37,748 nt of DNA from Catajapyx aquilonaris (Eukaryota): positions 1 to 37,748 of the forward strand of contig JYFJ02003773.1 of the NCBI GenBank assembly GCA_000934665.2, written 5' to 3'. Shown piece after piece: positions 13,801 through 23,900 of this stretch. The translations under genes and the position numbers were made by a program. Position 1 is the first letter of the stretch, and each line of letters starts with the position of its first letter. The notes below the pieces were generated by a model. That model made no database searches and was not told the origin of the DNA. It saw only the letters and a program-made list of their open reading frames with translations.

Positions 13801-15127
13801 ATGCAGGAGAGACGATACAAATCTCTTGAAAAAGCAAGAGTCCAGAGTCTCCGCATCGACTGGCTCCATTCTCCACCACCTGTTCGCCCTTCCTTCATGG
13901 GCACCCATTCCTTCCAAAATTATGATCTTACCAGGCTCATCCCATACATTGACTGGAAACCATTTTTTGATGTATGGCAATTGAGGGGGAAGTATCCAAA
14001 CAGGGGATTCCCTAAGATATTTCAGGATGCAAACGTTGGGGAGGAAGCTAGACGGGTTTATAATGAAGCACAAGACATGCTCCAGCAGATAGTGCAGGAG
14101 AAACTTCTAGTTGCCAATGGGGTAGTTGGATTCTTCAAAGCCAATTCAGATGGAGATGATATTTATTTGTATGATGATGGTGGAAAGCGTTTAGCCACCC
14201 TGCATGGGCTTCGTCAGCAAGCAGAGAGCGAAGAGGGGGGGAAATATCTGTGCCTGTCTGATTTTGTGGCGCCAGTGGAGACAGGACTGGAGGACTATGT
14301 GGGCATGTTTGCAGTCTCAGCAGGTTTTGGTGCTGAAGAACTTTGCAGGAAGTTAGTGTGAAATTGATATTTTTTCATTGAGGAAGTTTTTTTAAGCATG
14401 GACAGGAAAAACCTTCTTATTTTGTCATAGTTGGTTCCCCCCAACTTTGTCAGCAATTCCCATCCGAAAATTAACTCAATGTCACTATTTTTTGCTTTTA
14501 AAATAATTTATTTGTAAGTAACTGTTCACTTAGGCTAGTAGATTGAAAGCAATAGTTTGGGTGGGCATGTCAGGTATAATTTATATCTAATTTGTAGTTC
14601 AAGTTTTCAGTTTTCTCTCATCTATACTTCTCAACAGCAATCCCTTCTCCCACAATTTTAGGTTTGAATCTGAGTTGGATGACTTCAGCAGCATAATGGT
14701 TAAGTCCTTAGCAGATCGCCTAGCAGAAGCTTTTGCAGAGGAGTTACATGAACGTGTTCGCAAGAAGCTGTGGGGCTACAACCAAGGTGAAAGTCTGAGT
14801 GCCCAAGATCTCCATCGCACTCGTTACCATGGCATCAGGCCTGCTCCTGGTTATCCGAGCCAGCCAGACCACACTGAGAAGTTGACAATGTGGAACCTGA
14901 TGAATGTGGAATCACAAGCTGGGATCAAGCTCACTGAGTCATATGCCATGGAGCCTGCAGCTTCAGTTTCTGGATTGTATTTTGCAAACCCAGAGGCTTC
15001 ATATTTTTCTGTTGGAAAGATTCAGCATGACCAGGTGCAGGATTATGCCAGGAGGAAAGGGGTTGACCCTAAGATGATGGAGAAGTGGCTGGGCGTCAAC
15101 TTAGCATACAATTGTGATGAAGAATGA
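1846..15127 (+). CDS. MTR: Cobalamin-dependent methionine synthase (5-methyltetrahydrofolate--homocysteine methyltransferase), full spliced gene, about 1254 aa
   Basis: Hand-spliced join(1846..1858,2642..2844,2908..3160,3970..4139,4208..4302,4359..4589,4900..5092,6556..6882,7273..7452,7509..7625,9350..9850,11243..11614,13708..14351,14662..15127) = 3765 nt, in frame, all introns GT-AG. Motifs: [14 protein letters not shown] and GGCCGTTP (Zn/homocysteine domain), [10 protein letters not shown] and DPNIL (pterin domain), MFLPQV (cap), [11 protein letters not shown] (B12 DxHxxG), RPAPGYP (AdoMet reactivation domain). Exon 1 is the least certain. Confidence 0.97.
2327..2465. mobile_element. Palindromic MITE-like element in MTR intron 1
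   Basis: Perfect 32-bp inverted repeat TGCGGAAAACGAAACGACAATCTGACGTCATC (2327-2358 / 2434-2465) plus imperfect inner arms. Confidence 0.75.
2642..2844 (+). CDS. MTR: MTR exon 2
   Basis: tttcag|AAGGA...CACAAG|gtattt; [13 protein letters not shown]...[13 protein letters not shown]. Confidence 0.93.
2908..3160 (+). CDS. MTR: MTR exon 3
   Basis: tttcag|GAATAC...ATAA|gtaagt; [17 protein letters not shown]...[21 protein letters not shown]. Confidence 0.95.
3173..3594. mobile_element. Tc1/mariner-like MITE
   Basis: TA|CAGGGTGAAGGGAAACTCG...CGAGTTTCCCTTTACCCAG|TA; imperfect TIRs of about 90 bp; TA on both flanks. Confidence 0.85.
3970..4139 (+). CDS. MTR: MTR exon 4 (not in ORF track)
   Basis: tttaag|CCTTTGAC...ATATTT|gtaagg; [38 protein letters not shown]. 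Confidence 0.95.
4208..4302 (+). CDS. MTR: MTR exon 5 (not in ORF track)
   Basis: gtttag|GTGTCT...CTCTG|gtaaag; [21 protein letters not shown]. Confidence 0.95.
4359..4589 (+). CDS. MTR: MTR exon 6
   Basis: ttttag|CATTGG...ATAAG|gtaaga; IGLNCALGA...YPNAGLPN...[11 protein letters not shown]. Confidence 0.96.
4900..5092 (+). CDS. MTR: MTR exon 7
   Basis: ttacag|AGCAGTG...TTTGAG|gtgaga; LSGLEP...[16 protein letters not shown]. Confidence 0.95.
5349..5787 (-). mobile_element. Full-length tRNA-derived SINE with TSD
   Basis: Minus strand: tRNA-like head with degenerate B box (GGATCAAATCCC), central GGTTTTCTGTGGTTTCCC...TAGGCCACAGCCGCTTCC, (TA)n/A-rich tail; 13-bp direct repeat ATAATTCATAATT at 5336-5348 and 5788-5800. 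Confidence 0.85.
6031..6264 (+). mobile_element. tRNA-derived SINE, 5'-truncated
   Basis: B box GGTTCGATCCC at about 6058; colinear with the reverse complement of 24008-24335. Confidence 0.85.
6556..6882 (+). CDS. MTR: MTR exon 8
   Basis: ctccag|GCAGCA...GGCCAG|gttagt; [19 protein letters not shown]...[10 protein letters not shown]...MAFDEIGQ. Confidence 0.96.
6964..7211. mobile_element. MITE with GAG...CTC termini and AATT flanks (Sola-like)
   Basis: TIR GAGG(G/C)GCTCAGAGGAAGAACGGCATATCC at both ends; AATT at 6960-6963 and 7212-7215; superfamily assignment is inference. Confidence 0.75.
7273..7452 (+). CDS. MTR: MTR exon 9
   Basis: ttccag|GCAGCA...ATCAAG|gtatag; [17 protein letters not shown]. 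Confidence 0.95.
7509..7625 (+). CDS. MTR: MTR exon 10 (not in ORF track)
   Basis: ttgcag|GAAACA...ATTCAG|gtactt; [31 protein letters not shown]. Confidence 0.95.
8796..9233. mobile_element. hAT-like MITE
   Basis: Termini CAGGGTGTCTA...TAGACACCTG, repeated subterminal ATCAGGGAA/CATGGAA motifs, TAAGAC duplicated on both flanks. Confidence 0.7.
9350..9850 (+). CDS. MTR: MTR exon 11
   Basis: tttaag|GCTGGT...GAGAAG|gtatgt; [11 protein letters not shown]...[10 protein letters not shown]...[19 protein letters not shown]. Confidence 0.96.
10154..10439. mobile_element. Long foldback/palindromic MITE
   Basis: Arms pair along their length: AGTGCTGGACATT/AATGTCCAGCACT, CGGCAGAAGTGCAAA/TTTGCACTTCTGCCG, GAGTAAGAAATGG/CCATTTCTTACTC. 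Confidence 0.8.
11243..11614 (+). CDS. MTR: MTR exon 12 (B12-binding domain)
   Basis: atgcag|GATCGC...CTAGTG|gtgagt; [15 protein letters not shown]...[13 protein letters not shown]...LLIGGATTS. Confidence 0.97.
11680..11945 (+). mobile_element. Degenerate 5' fragment of a mariner-like transposon
   Basis: Starts TACAAGGGC (mariner-type TACGAGGG terminus); 11885-11941 translates [19 protein letters not shown], resembling the mariner transposase N-terminus (EQRxxIKFCxxLGKTASE). Confidence 0.5.
12044..13085. mobile_element. TTAA-flanked non-autonomous element (piggyBac-like), copy 1
   Basis: TTAA|CCCTTTG...CAAAGGG|TTAA; internal direct and inverted subrepeats of about 130 bp; near-identical left end at 37092. 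Confidence 0.88.
12272..12683. mobile_element. hAT-like MITE nested in the piggyBac-like element
   Basis: TIR TAGGGCTGTGCGATATCCGAAATT / AATTTCGGATATCGCACAGCCCTA; 8-bp duplication CTCACCGA (12260-12267, 12684-12691); internal tandem duplication of about 114 bp rich in ATATCG; absent from the equivalent left-end region of the 37092 copy. Confidence 0.88.
13285..13381. mobile_element. hAT/Charlie-like MITE terminal fragment
   Basis: GGGGTCAC subterminal repeats ending GAAAAAGATCGGGAAGCCCTG; the other terminus was not located. Confidence 0.4.
13708..14351 (+). CDS. MTR: MTR exon 13
   Basis: ttctag|TGCTCC...AGGAA|gttagt; CSSLLD...[26 protein letters not shown]...CLSDFVAP. Confidence 0.95.
14662..15127 (+). 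CDS. MTR: MTR exon 14 (last coding exon, reactivation domain)
   Basis: ttttag|GTTTGAA...[17 protein letters not shown]...[17 protein letters not shown]...[10 protein letters not shown]. Confidence 0.96.
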
Positions 15128-15793
15128 GCTGTGCTTTATTTATTTCTTTATCAGTATTGTGCCTTGTCATATTACAATGCTCAACAGGTGCCTTAGAAGT
15201 AATTATTTATGACTGCTTCAGGCATTAGCTTCCAACAAAATGTCAAGGTAGTATTAGAAATGAGGTGTAGTGATTGGATATTATCATACAAGGTTTTGAA
15301 TGGAAAGGCTGTGCCAACGAGATATCTTAAGCGACATGTAGGATGCAGTAAGCATGAAAATGCAGAGGAATTTTGTTCCTTGGTATTAGAAGCAAAGGTG
15401 AAATATCAATTTTTAATTTGAATAATGACATCAATATAATGGCTTTCTGAATCAAATTAACATTGTCTTATGCTGATTTGCTTCTAGCACAGTACTGAGG
15501 AATTATATTCCCCTTTATCCTCATCGCCAGCCTGCATGTAACTTACAGTTCTGTTCAGCACAGCACTATATGATGATTAAGAATATGATATTTTAAGCAC
15601 TGGAATCTTTAAACTGTTATTCAGATTGTTAGGAATGAATTTGCACTTTTGCACAGAAATGTATTGGATGAAAAGAGGCTATTTTTAAAATGGTTTTTCA
15701 TGTTTTATAGTGAGAAAGCCCTCTGTGTTCCTAAATCTTACATGTCTTTCTGTGAGAGAGGTCTTATTTTTACATGTGTGCCCTGTGATTCTA

Positions 15794-15928
15794 AATAAAT
15801 GTTCATTTTGATTTACATTTTATTGTAGTCAGGGATTAATCTTGATATACTGTACTGTGTCTCAGTGATCTGATCTTATTTCTGAGGAACATTCCAATAA
15901 TGCCAAGAAACAATTTTGTGCCAATAAA
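15794..15928 (+). terminator. Candidate MTR polyadenylation signals (AATAAA at 15794 and 15923)
   Basis: Two canonical hexamers 0.67-0.8 kb after the stop codon; the first is followed by T-rich sequence. Confidence 0.5.
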
Positions 15929-17727
15929 ATCATGATCTTATTACATATGAGCGCTGTTCCACATTGATCCCAGCCTGCAGGTGTACTTGCATGTTGCAAC
16001 AGCCTGCTTGAAGACTACTGGTGGGCAGAGTCTATTGAGGGCAACGAAACTGCTCAACTCCCCCACACTCATTTCCTCCTCTCGTGACATTGTGTCAATT
16101 TGTTTCTTCATCTCCCTTCCCTCTCCCACCCCCATCCTACCCTTACCCTCCCTTCCCTTTCATCTTTCCCAATTGGTTCTTATTCTCTCTGAAAAGCTCA
16201 AGTCACAAAGAAGCTGTGAAAGATGGAAAAGTCAAAAGTCCAACTCTGACTTTGACAGGGCAAGATAAGTTCAGGCTGTTGGCTTCTTGATAAAGGAAAG
16301 GAAGGGGCCAGGAGGGCATGGCGACCTTTGACCCTGTCAGGCAGCCCAAAGGAGAAGGACTAGTGAATATCAAGGCATTCTGTCAGCTGTCACCCACATC
16401 CTTGTATCCTATATACTGAGTGCCTGTGAAGAACCACCATTCCAGAGGAAATTCAGGTAAGATTATCCCTCCTCTGCATGAACATGACTGTTGAGATTTC
16501 GTGTGATTTCCATTTGATTGAAGGGTAGCCAGCACAAGTGGTTGCTTCCAATTTACTAATCACAAAACCAAGAATGTAGGGTCAGACGTTATTTTGATTG
16601 TTTTTGCATACAGACTTACAGTTAATTGCTGGTGTAGATTCTGAAAATTACATGAGAAAGTGGAACATTCAAATGGGCTGTAATTCTTAATAGGCTGGGT
16701 TTGGCATTTTTCATATCTGCCCTGAATATTCAACATGTAAAAGATGAGACTAACATAGAGTAGCTTAGCCTAAGATGAAAACTGGTTGTAGGTTATGTAA
16801 GTGATATATTATGAAAGCTTGTTTCATTGTTTAGAGAATCAGCTGCATAATATTTTAGACTAAATTCATGGTCAGCTAAGTTAGCCTTCTCATTGATAGT
16901 GAAACAGTAACAATATTAAACCCATAGCTAGTACATAAATTAGGCTTTAATTCGTTCAGTTGTGTTTAGTGTGGTCCATAGAGTACATATCAAAATTAAT
17001 TAAACCAAATTATAGATGTCTGATAATTGGAATTAATATAGTATATTAGGATATCTAAACTCGTAAATCCACAACAAAATGTGACAACTTACCCTGTAAA
17101 ATCTCGATGACACATACTATCATAATTAAAATCCTGCATAATTTAAATATGATATTTATTAACACACTTTGCCTAAAATATCAATAAGATTTTCTAAATT
17201 CTTACGAAATCTATCCTGGTATATAATAATATTGTAACTTATTACCGTAATTATTTTAGCAGTACTGGCACACAAGTGCTGATTTGGCAGTGACTCATTT
17301 GCACCACAAAAATCCGCCTACAGCAAGAATTATTTTGTTACCACACTGAACGATGTTCATAAAAGGCTTGTTTTGTCCTTGTGTACTTGTAGCAAGGATT
17401 TTGACAAATACGTTTTTGACAATACGAAATGTTCGTATCGGCAATAAAACTGTTTTTAAAAATCATTCAATGATTTCTGGATAGAGTAATTATTGTGGAC
17501 ATATTTACAATATTACAAAAACATTAGCCGAAAGTTCCAAGTGGTCAAAGGTCGTCGCTCTGTGATAGGCAGTTTCATTATTAAGAGGTAAGATTTGAGT
17601 TGGCTGGGAGGCAAAACGCCAGCGAGGGCGAATATCTATTAATAGGTCAGGCCACCTAGATCACCATCACCTACAGAAAGAAGTGGTGTCGAGGATAAGG
17701 AGGAGCATAGCAGACGGCCTCAGGGAG

Positions 17728-17946
17728 ATGGCGAAGGCCCTCATCACTATATTTCTTCTCTTCTTTGGAGTCCTCCCGGGTATCAAATGGAATTTCACGT
17801 GGGCCATCACCGCAGAAGACGGACTCTTTCCTTTCGGATCCGATCTTGATAGGTACCTTCCGAAGGAACTCGAGGATGCTTCCAGTCCGGAAATCAAGTT
17901 GGCGGTGCCCATTGTCTTTTACGGCCGACCATACGGAAGCATATAT
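17728..17946 (+). CDS. Ndg: Nidogen exon 1 (signal peptide)
   Basis: gagATGG; MAKALITIFLLFFGVLPG...LFPFG...SSPEIKLAVPIVFYG...IY|gtaagt. Confidence 0.9.
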
Positions 17947-20900
17947 GTAAGTCGTATTTACCTCAACTAAATTACAGTGCATGTCTTTCTACTACATTGA
18001 TAGTGACTGCAAGCGAGGCTGCATAATTATAGTCCTAAGTATCAGACAGAAAATAAACAGTGATAGCGAACTTATGGCCTACACTTTTGACCACCGGGTC
18101 ATAGCCTGTCCTGTAACCTTTATCGGAAACTGAAACATCTCCGAATCTCCGTTATATAATTTTGGTCAGGTTACTGGGAAGATTTGTAATGTGTACTTTG
18201 AACGGAAGTGCAGAGAATTTTGCCTCGAACAGACCGGTTTACTGTAGGCCTAATATACCGGTATTATAGTCTATATCGTGTCATTCGCCTGTCAACCGAA
18301 GAAGCCAGACGGCATTTGTACTTCCCGCCCACAAAATCTGGGGTGCCCCGACATCGAAAGTCGGTACTACGCTGTTCCGTGGGCGTAGCCCGTGAATAGT
18401 TCCTCGATATTTTGCGATGGAGGCTCATTTATTAGACCGAAAAACATTCCAATATCCACAAGTCCAGATTACCTTTCCTATCTGTTATTCTCGGTCATAA
18501 AAAATGTGTTAACAAGCGGGCATCGCCAAATAACATTCTAACCAAAATGAAGCGTGAATTAGAGTGAAAGTGAAATGAAAGGTTTTATTGCCCGATTGAG
18601 GCGAAGTTTGTTGATAAACCGAGCTGCACGAAAACAAAAAGGTTAAACACCGATCCCATAACCAGTCATTGACACTGTTAAGAGCCTGATTACAATGTTC
18701 TCAAGCACACAGACTTACTGAGCCGGACGTGGCATATAATTATTTGCATATCATCATATCTGCATACATCTGCGCATATCATAGACTATAAATAATTACT
18801 GATAACTTTTCTTGCGACATCAGTAAGATATATGCCATGTAACATTGTCAGCTCATCGTAGAGGAAGGAGACTGGAAGCAAGGTCGAAGTGCTCCAGTTG
18901 TTTGGTGCTAGATAGCTGCTGAGGGCAATAACGGAGGATGGGGCACGGAAATAGAAGCCAGGCTAATTCGAGGCCGGCGCCCGAGTTGAACAATCTGCTC
19001 GAGTCCAATTACACTGCGGCGCGCGCCCACGCAGCTCTTATCTCAGACTCCTAAATATCCGGACATGGCTGGCAAGCGGGCCAAAATATTACAGGCTGCA
19101 CGTCATGACTGGAATTGTGTCTCCCGCGCTTTCTGCATATTCACATACGTCACAATGAGCAAACTGATAAAAGTCATATGTATGAATACAAATAAAAAAG
19201 TCATGTTATCATGATCTCTTTTTTTTCAGGTGAACACGAACGGACTTCTTTCGTTTCTTACCGAAATCCCAAGCTTTTTCAACATTCAGTTTCCGCTGGA
19301 CTATCCGATTATATCACCTTTTTACACTGATGTCGATACCAGAGGATCTGGCTTCGTCTATTACAGGTACTGTACAGGATGCGAAAGTTTAAATAATATA
19401 TACAGTGTTGCCTGAAAAGATTCAGGCAGACTTCATGAGATATCATGATATATGAGTATTTATAAATAAGTCTGGAACATTCCTACCCCGACCTCTGAGA
19501 TCCCGCGTTCGACCCCCGGATCGGACGGAGGAAGGGGTTTCGAGAGGTTTTAACTTATCTCCATATACTCCCGTTTCCTCCAACAGTTCAAAACTATTTT
19601 ACTCCTCTCACTCTTCCTTATGTCAGTTGGCATCCCCCCTCCAAATAAACCATACCAAACTGTGATGCATTATAATATTGCGACCTTTTTACGCGCGGAG
19701 GGACGCATACCCAGGATAATTTATATCTTGGTTCTCGACACCTATACAGGGTTCGGAAATTTAATCTACCTTCGCTTTGGGGGATGGTAGAAGGGTTCTA
19801 GACGATCATTTTTAGTATAGGTATCGTGGGTCTCCGAAGCATATAGTTACCGTGATAATTAGCATTAGATAAAAACTGCATTATACCAGCTTCTAAGTTT
19901 CGGATATAGACTACGACCCTTTCATCGCCTAGGCCACTGTCTGCTACGCCTAATGGAATTGCGTTTTAAATTTAAATTGCATGATAACACCTTAAATTTA
20001 AATTTAAAAGGTAATGTCGCATGGAGGGACGCATACCTGCCATGCTATTTTATACTTTGAGTTAGAAGCACATTATCTCGGTAACTATGCATCGGAGACG
20101 CACGATACCTATACCCTACTTAAAATGCTCGCCTAGAACTGTTCTACCATCCCCTAAAGCGAAGGTAGATTAAATTTCCGAACCCTGTATTTAAAATGAT
20201 CGCCTAGGACCCCTCGCAGTCCTCTACCATTCTCCAAAGCGAAGGCACGCTGAATTTCCTCACCCTGTATATTCTGCAAAATTGTATTTTTTTATATAAT
20301 ATTTCAATTTTTCGAAATGTCAATAATTTTGGAAAGAGTAACCCTTACTGGCGTGCGGGAGGTTGAGTGGTGGCTGGGGGAGCTTGGCTATGTCGCAAAG
20401 GCAAGGATGCAAATATTGATTTTTTGGATTTTGGAAGGGGTATGCTGTACCAACCTAACCTAACCAACCCTAACCTTCCTTCCTTGCGGATACAGACCTA
20501 TCTTTGGGACACAGCCCGCTGCCCCCACCGACTACTACCCTCCCGCCTCCCGCACGCCAGTAAGGTCAAGTCCATCCATAATTTTTCCACCCCATTTTGC
20601 AGCATATCATTTTGCCCCACCTCCCAACAAATTAAAATCCTGGCTATATTGCTAGTGGTCAGTCAATATTGGAAACATGGATTCCGCTGTTCTGATATGT
20701 TTGTAGAAATGCAGCCGTCGATATTATCACTAAAGGAGTGAAAGGAGTTGCAAATAACTTCATCAGAAATTAAAAGTCATAGTCAGAACTTCAGCACGTT
20801 CTGCTCATCCCGTCAAAGTCTGTATGACTGGCATTATTTCAGAGAAACTCAAGACAGCCCATTGCTGGATCGAGCTGCCTACCTGATACAAAGGCACTTT

Positions 20901-23900
20901 TTGTCCGGAGCTGTCTTTCGTCCTTCAAGTTTGTTCATAGCCACTTGGGACAAAGTGGGTTACTACCAATGGCAGGAGGACAAGACCAACACCTTCCAGG
21001 TTATGGTGGCTTCAGATGGTCAGGACTCATATGCTGCATTCTTCTACCCAGACGGTGGTGTGCAATGGGTGCAGGGTCAAGGAAAGAATCCAAACCAGCC
21101 TGATGCAAGGGCGCAAGCTGGTTTTGTTTCAGAGCATGGGGAAATGCATACCCTCAGAGGATCTGGAACTGACCAAGTTCTGCATTTGCAAACGTGAGTT
21201 ATTTAGTGTGATTGACATGCTTGTGAAGGAACTCACCTAGGACATGATTATTTTCAGGTTGTCTAATGCAGGAGAGCCAGGGACTTGGATTTTTCATATT
21301 GGAAGGTTGGGATACTCTGGGAATGTGTCACCACCTGATTTGAATACTGGTGCAGGTGAGTAGCATTACTTTTGATCACAGTAAAGGAATGCAGCATCGA
21401 GTTAGTCTAATAATATGGCTTGGTTCCCATGTGAAGTACTGTACTGTTATTTCACTGACTCTCACCACTATTGGCCATTATGCTCACCTCTGACAGATAC
21501 AATTAACCAGTCACCTTTTTGCACTTTCACGCTACCTTTCATGCTAACTCAACAGCACGTTTTTGTGCTTTCTGCTTCTGAAGCAGCTATTTCTGTTTCT
21601 ACTGGCAATAATTATTCAAGTGTCAGATGCTATAACCATCACTAGCATGTGAATTTCTTGATTTTGGTGGGCACTGAATTCCATTTTGTATTACTAGGTG
21701 AGGGAATTGAAGACCTTGACTCAGAAGCAGGTGCATCAGGGCGTTGCTCTTCTGAGAGTAGTGCTTTCTGCCATAGCCAAGCTTTGTGTGCTGAGACAAG
21801 GGACCCTGGAGTATACTGCTGCAAGTGTGCTTCAGGTTTCTATGGCAACGGACGTAATTGCCTACAGGAAGGGATCCCCCAGCGACTCACCGGAAAGATG
21901 AGTGGGACAGTCAATGGACAATCCTTCCGGGATCAGGATGTCTTTTCTTATGTGGTCATCACAGATGGACGTGCGTACACTGCCATATCAAGAATTGTGC
22001 CCGTTATAGGATTCGACATGCAGAGCCTTGGAGTAATTGGAGGGGTGCTAGGATGGCTCTTTGCAAAGACTTCATCTGGGCTTCCCAATGGTTTTCAGCT
22101 TACTGGTAAGAGAGAAATTCACAGAGTACAAAAAAATAGGCGTTTCATTACTTCCTTCAGTTTCTATGAGAATTAGCTCTCATAACCAGAGATAAGTGTT
22201 TAAGGTGTACCTTTTTGTAGTTAATTAGAAGAATAAGGTTAATATATTATAGAGTGGAACTTCTCTATCTAAAATTACCAAGGGAACGGTCTCAGAATAC
22301 CTTAAGAAACTTATTGAAAGGTTTGAATTAGACAAGCCAGCAAGTAGTTGTAACTAAGCACCACTGTGTCTTATTATGTCAATATTAGTGGAGCAGATTT
22401 TTAGATTTTCAGTAACATTTTTTTACCTCTCCTCTAGTTACATAAGGCATTCTTGATGCACTTTGATGCTTCAATATTCAAGGCTGAAAATGTGGCTTGC
22501 AGGAGGTGTGTTCAACCACACTGCCGAAGTCGACTTCCCTGCAACTGGGCAACATGTGGTGATCAAGCAGCATTTTCTGGGAATGGATGTGTTCAACCAG
22601 TTGCGCATGGAAGGGTATGTGCAAGGCGACGTACCTAGCATTCCTGCTGATGTGAGGCTCGAGATACCAGACTATGAGGAGCAGTACACACGAAACTCAC
22701 CTGGTAAAATGTGACACTGCATTATAATGATGCATTTATAATGGCAAACACAATGCAACCTTACACAAGTGTTAGAAAAGCATAATTATCTCTCAAGCCA
22801 AATATTGACTGAACATTAAAGTATATTATTCTCTAACTCCACAATAAACTCAAATGTCACATTATATTCCAGGTATGATTCGATCACATGCCACACGCAC
22901 CTTCCACCTGGAAGGAGGTACCTCTTCAACCCAATTCACAGTGAGCCAACTGGTGGAGTATGAGGAGTGCACAAATATTCCCCTCTCATCTCCAGAGGGA
23001 GGGGATACCATGAGATCTAAGGTCACCCGTAATTTTATTGTTTATGATGCAAAAGAGCAAATAGTGCGGTATGCAATGACAACCAAGGTAGTTGCCCTAG
23101 ATGCGGGAGATCCATGTGAGCTTGGTCGAGCCCAATGTGGTGCCAACAGTGCATGCATTGTTGAGGGCGATGCATTTCTATGCGTGTGCAACCATGGATA
23201 TGAGCATGTGTATGGAGAGGACGGGAGTGCACCAGTGTGTGTGGACGTTAATGAATGTGATTCCGGGCTGCATCATTGTCACCCTGATGCTCAGTGCATT
23301 AATCAACCTGGTGGATTTGGATGTAGGTGCAATCCTGGATTTGATGGTGATGGACGCACTTGTACCCGTAAGTGTGAAAAAATTTCCCTACACTGTCTAA
23401 TGAAATGGAAAGTTGATCCTTAATATTTTTCAATTACAGCACATTAAAAAACACTTCAGGCACATAATAATACCAATAATAATAATGTTATTTTGTAATA
23501 ATTCTTGTAATTTCTGGCTATATTAATATATCCACTGCTGCTGGACTTTGATTATGGGAAGAAAAGGGAAAACCCAGAGAAAACCCATTGAAGCCAAGCT
23601 CTTTCCACATGAGAAGCCCCTCTCCAACTTGGAGATCGAGTATGGGATCTCAGTGGTGAAAGGCTGTCGCATTAACCACTTTGCCACCATGCCTCCCTCA
23701 GTTTGGAGATATGTGTTAATGCACCTTAAATTTTTGTTTTTAGTGTAAGATTGGTTTTGCACCATATAATGGAAATGGTTTTTGTGGAACAAATCAGTTC
23801 TTCTATACACAGGTTTCATTATAATATTGTTTTACTTCCGCTGATAACTAACCCAATACTGGTGACAGTTTTGTTGCCTCATGTAGGCCATGCATTACAA

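Noticed and set aside
1846..15127. Bacterial metH by HGT or contamination; cobalamin riboswitch
   Set aside because: Thirteen spliceosomal introns, metazoan-type sequence and linkage to nidogen argue against a bacterial origin. No riboswitch consensus was seen upstream.
15981..16419. Intergenic ORFs 15981..16268 and 16084..16290, and a short ATG ORF at 16318
   Set aside because: Low-complexity pyrimidine-tract translations with no motif; better explained as regulatory or UTR sequence.
17683..17727. GTG-initiated N-terminal extension of nidogen in the ORF track
   Set aside because: The ATG at 17728 has a good context and directly begins a signal peptide.
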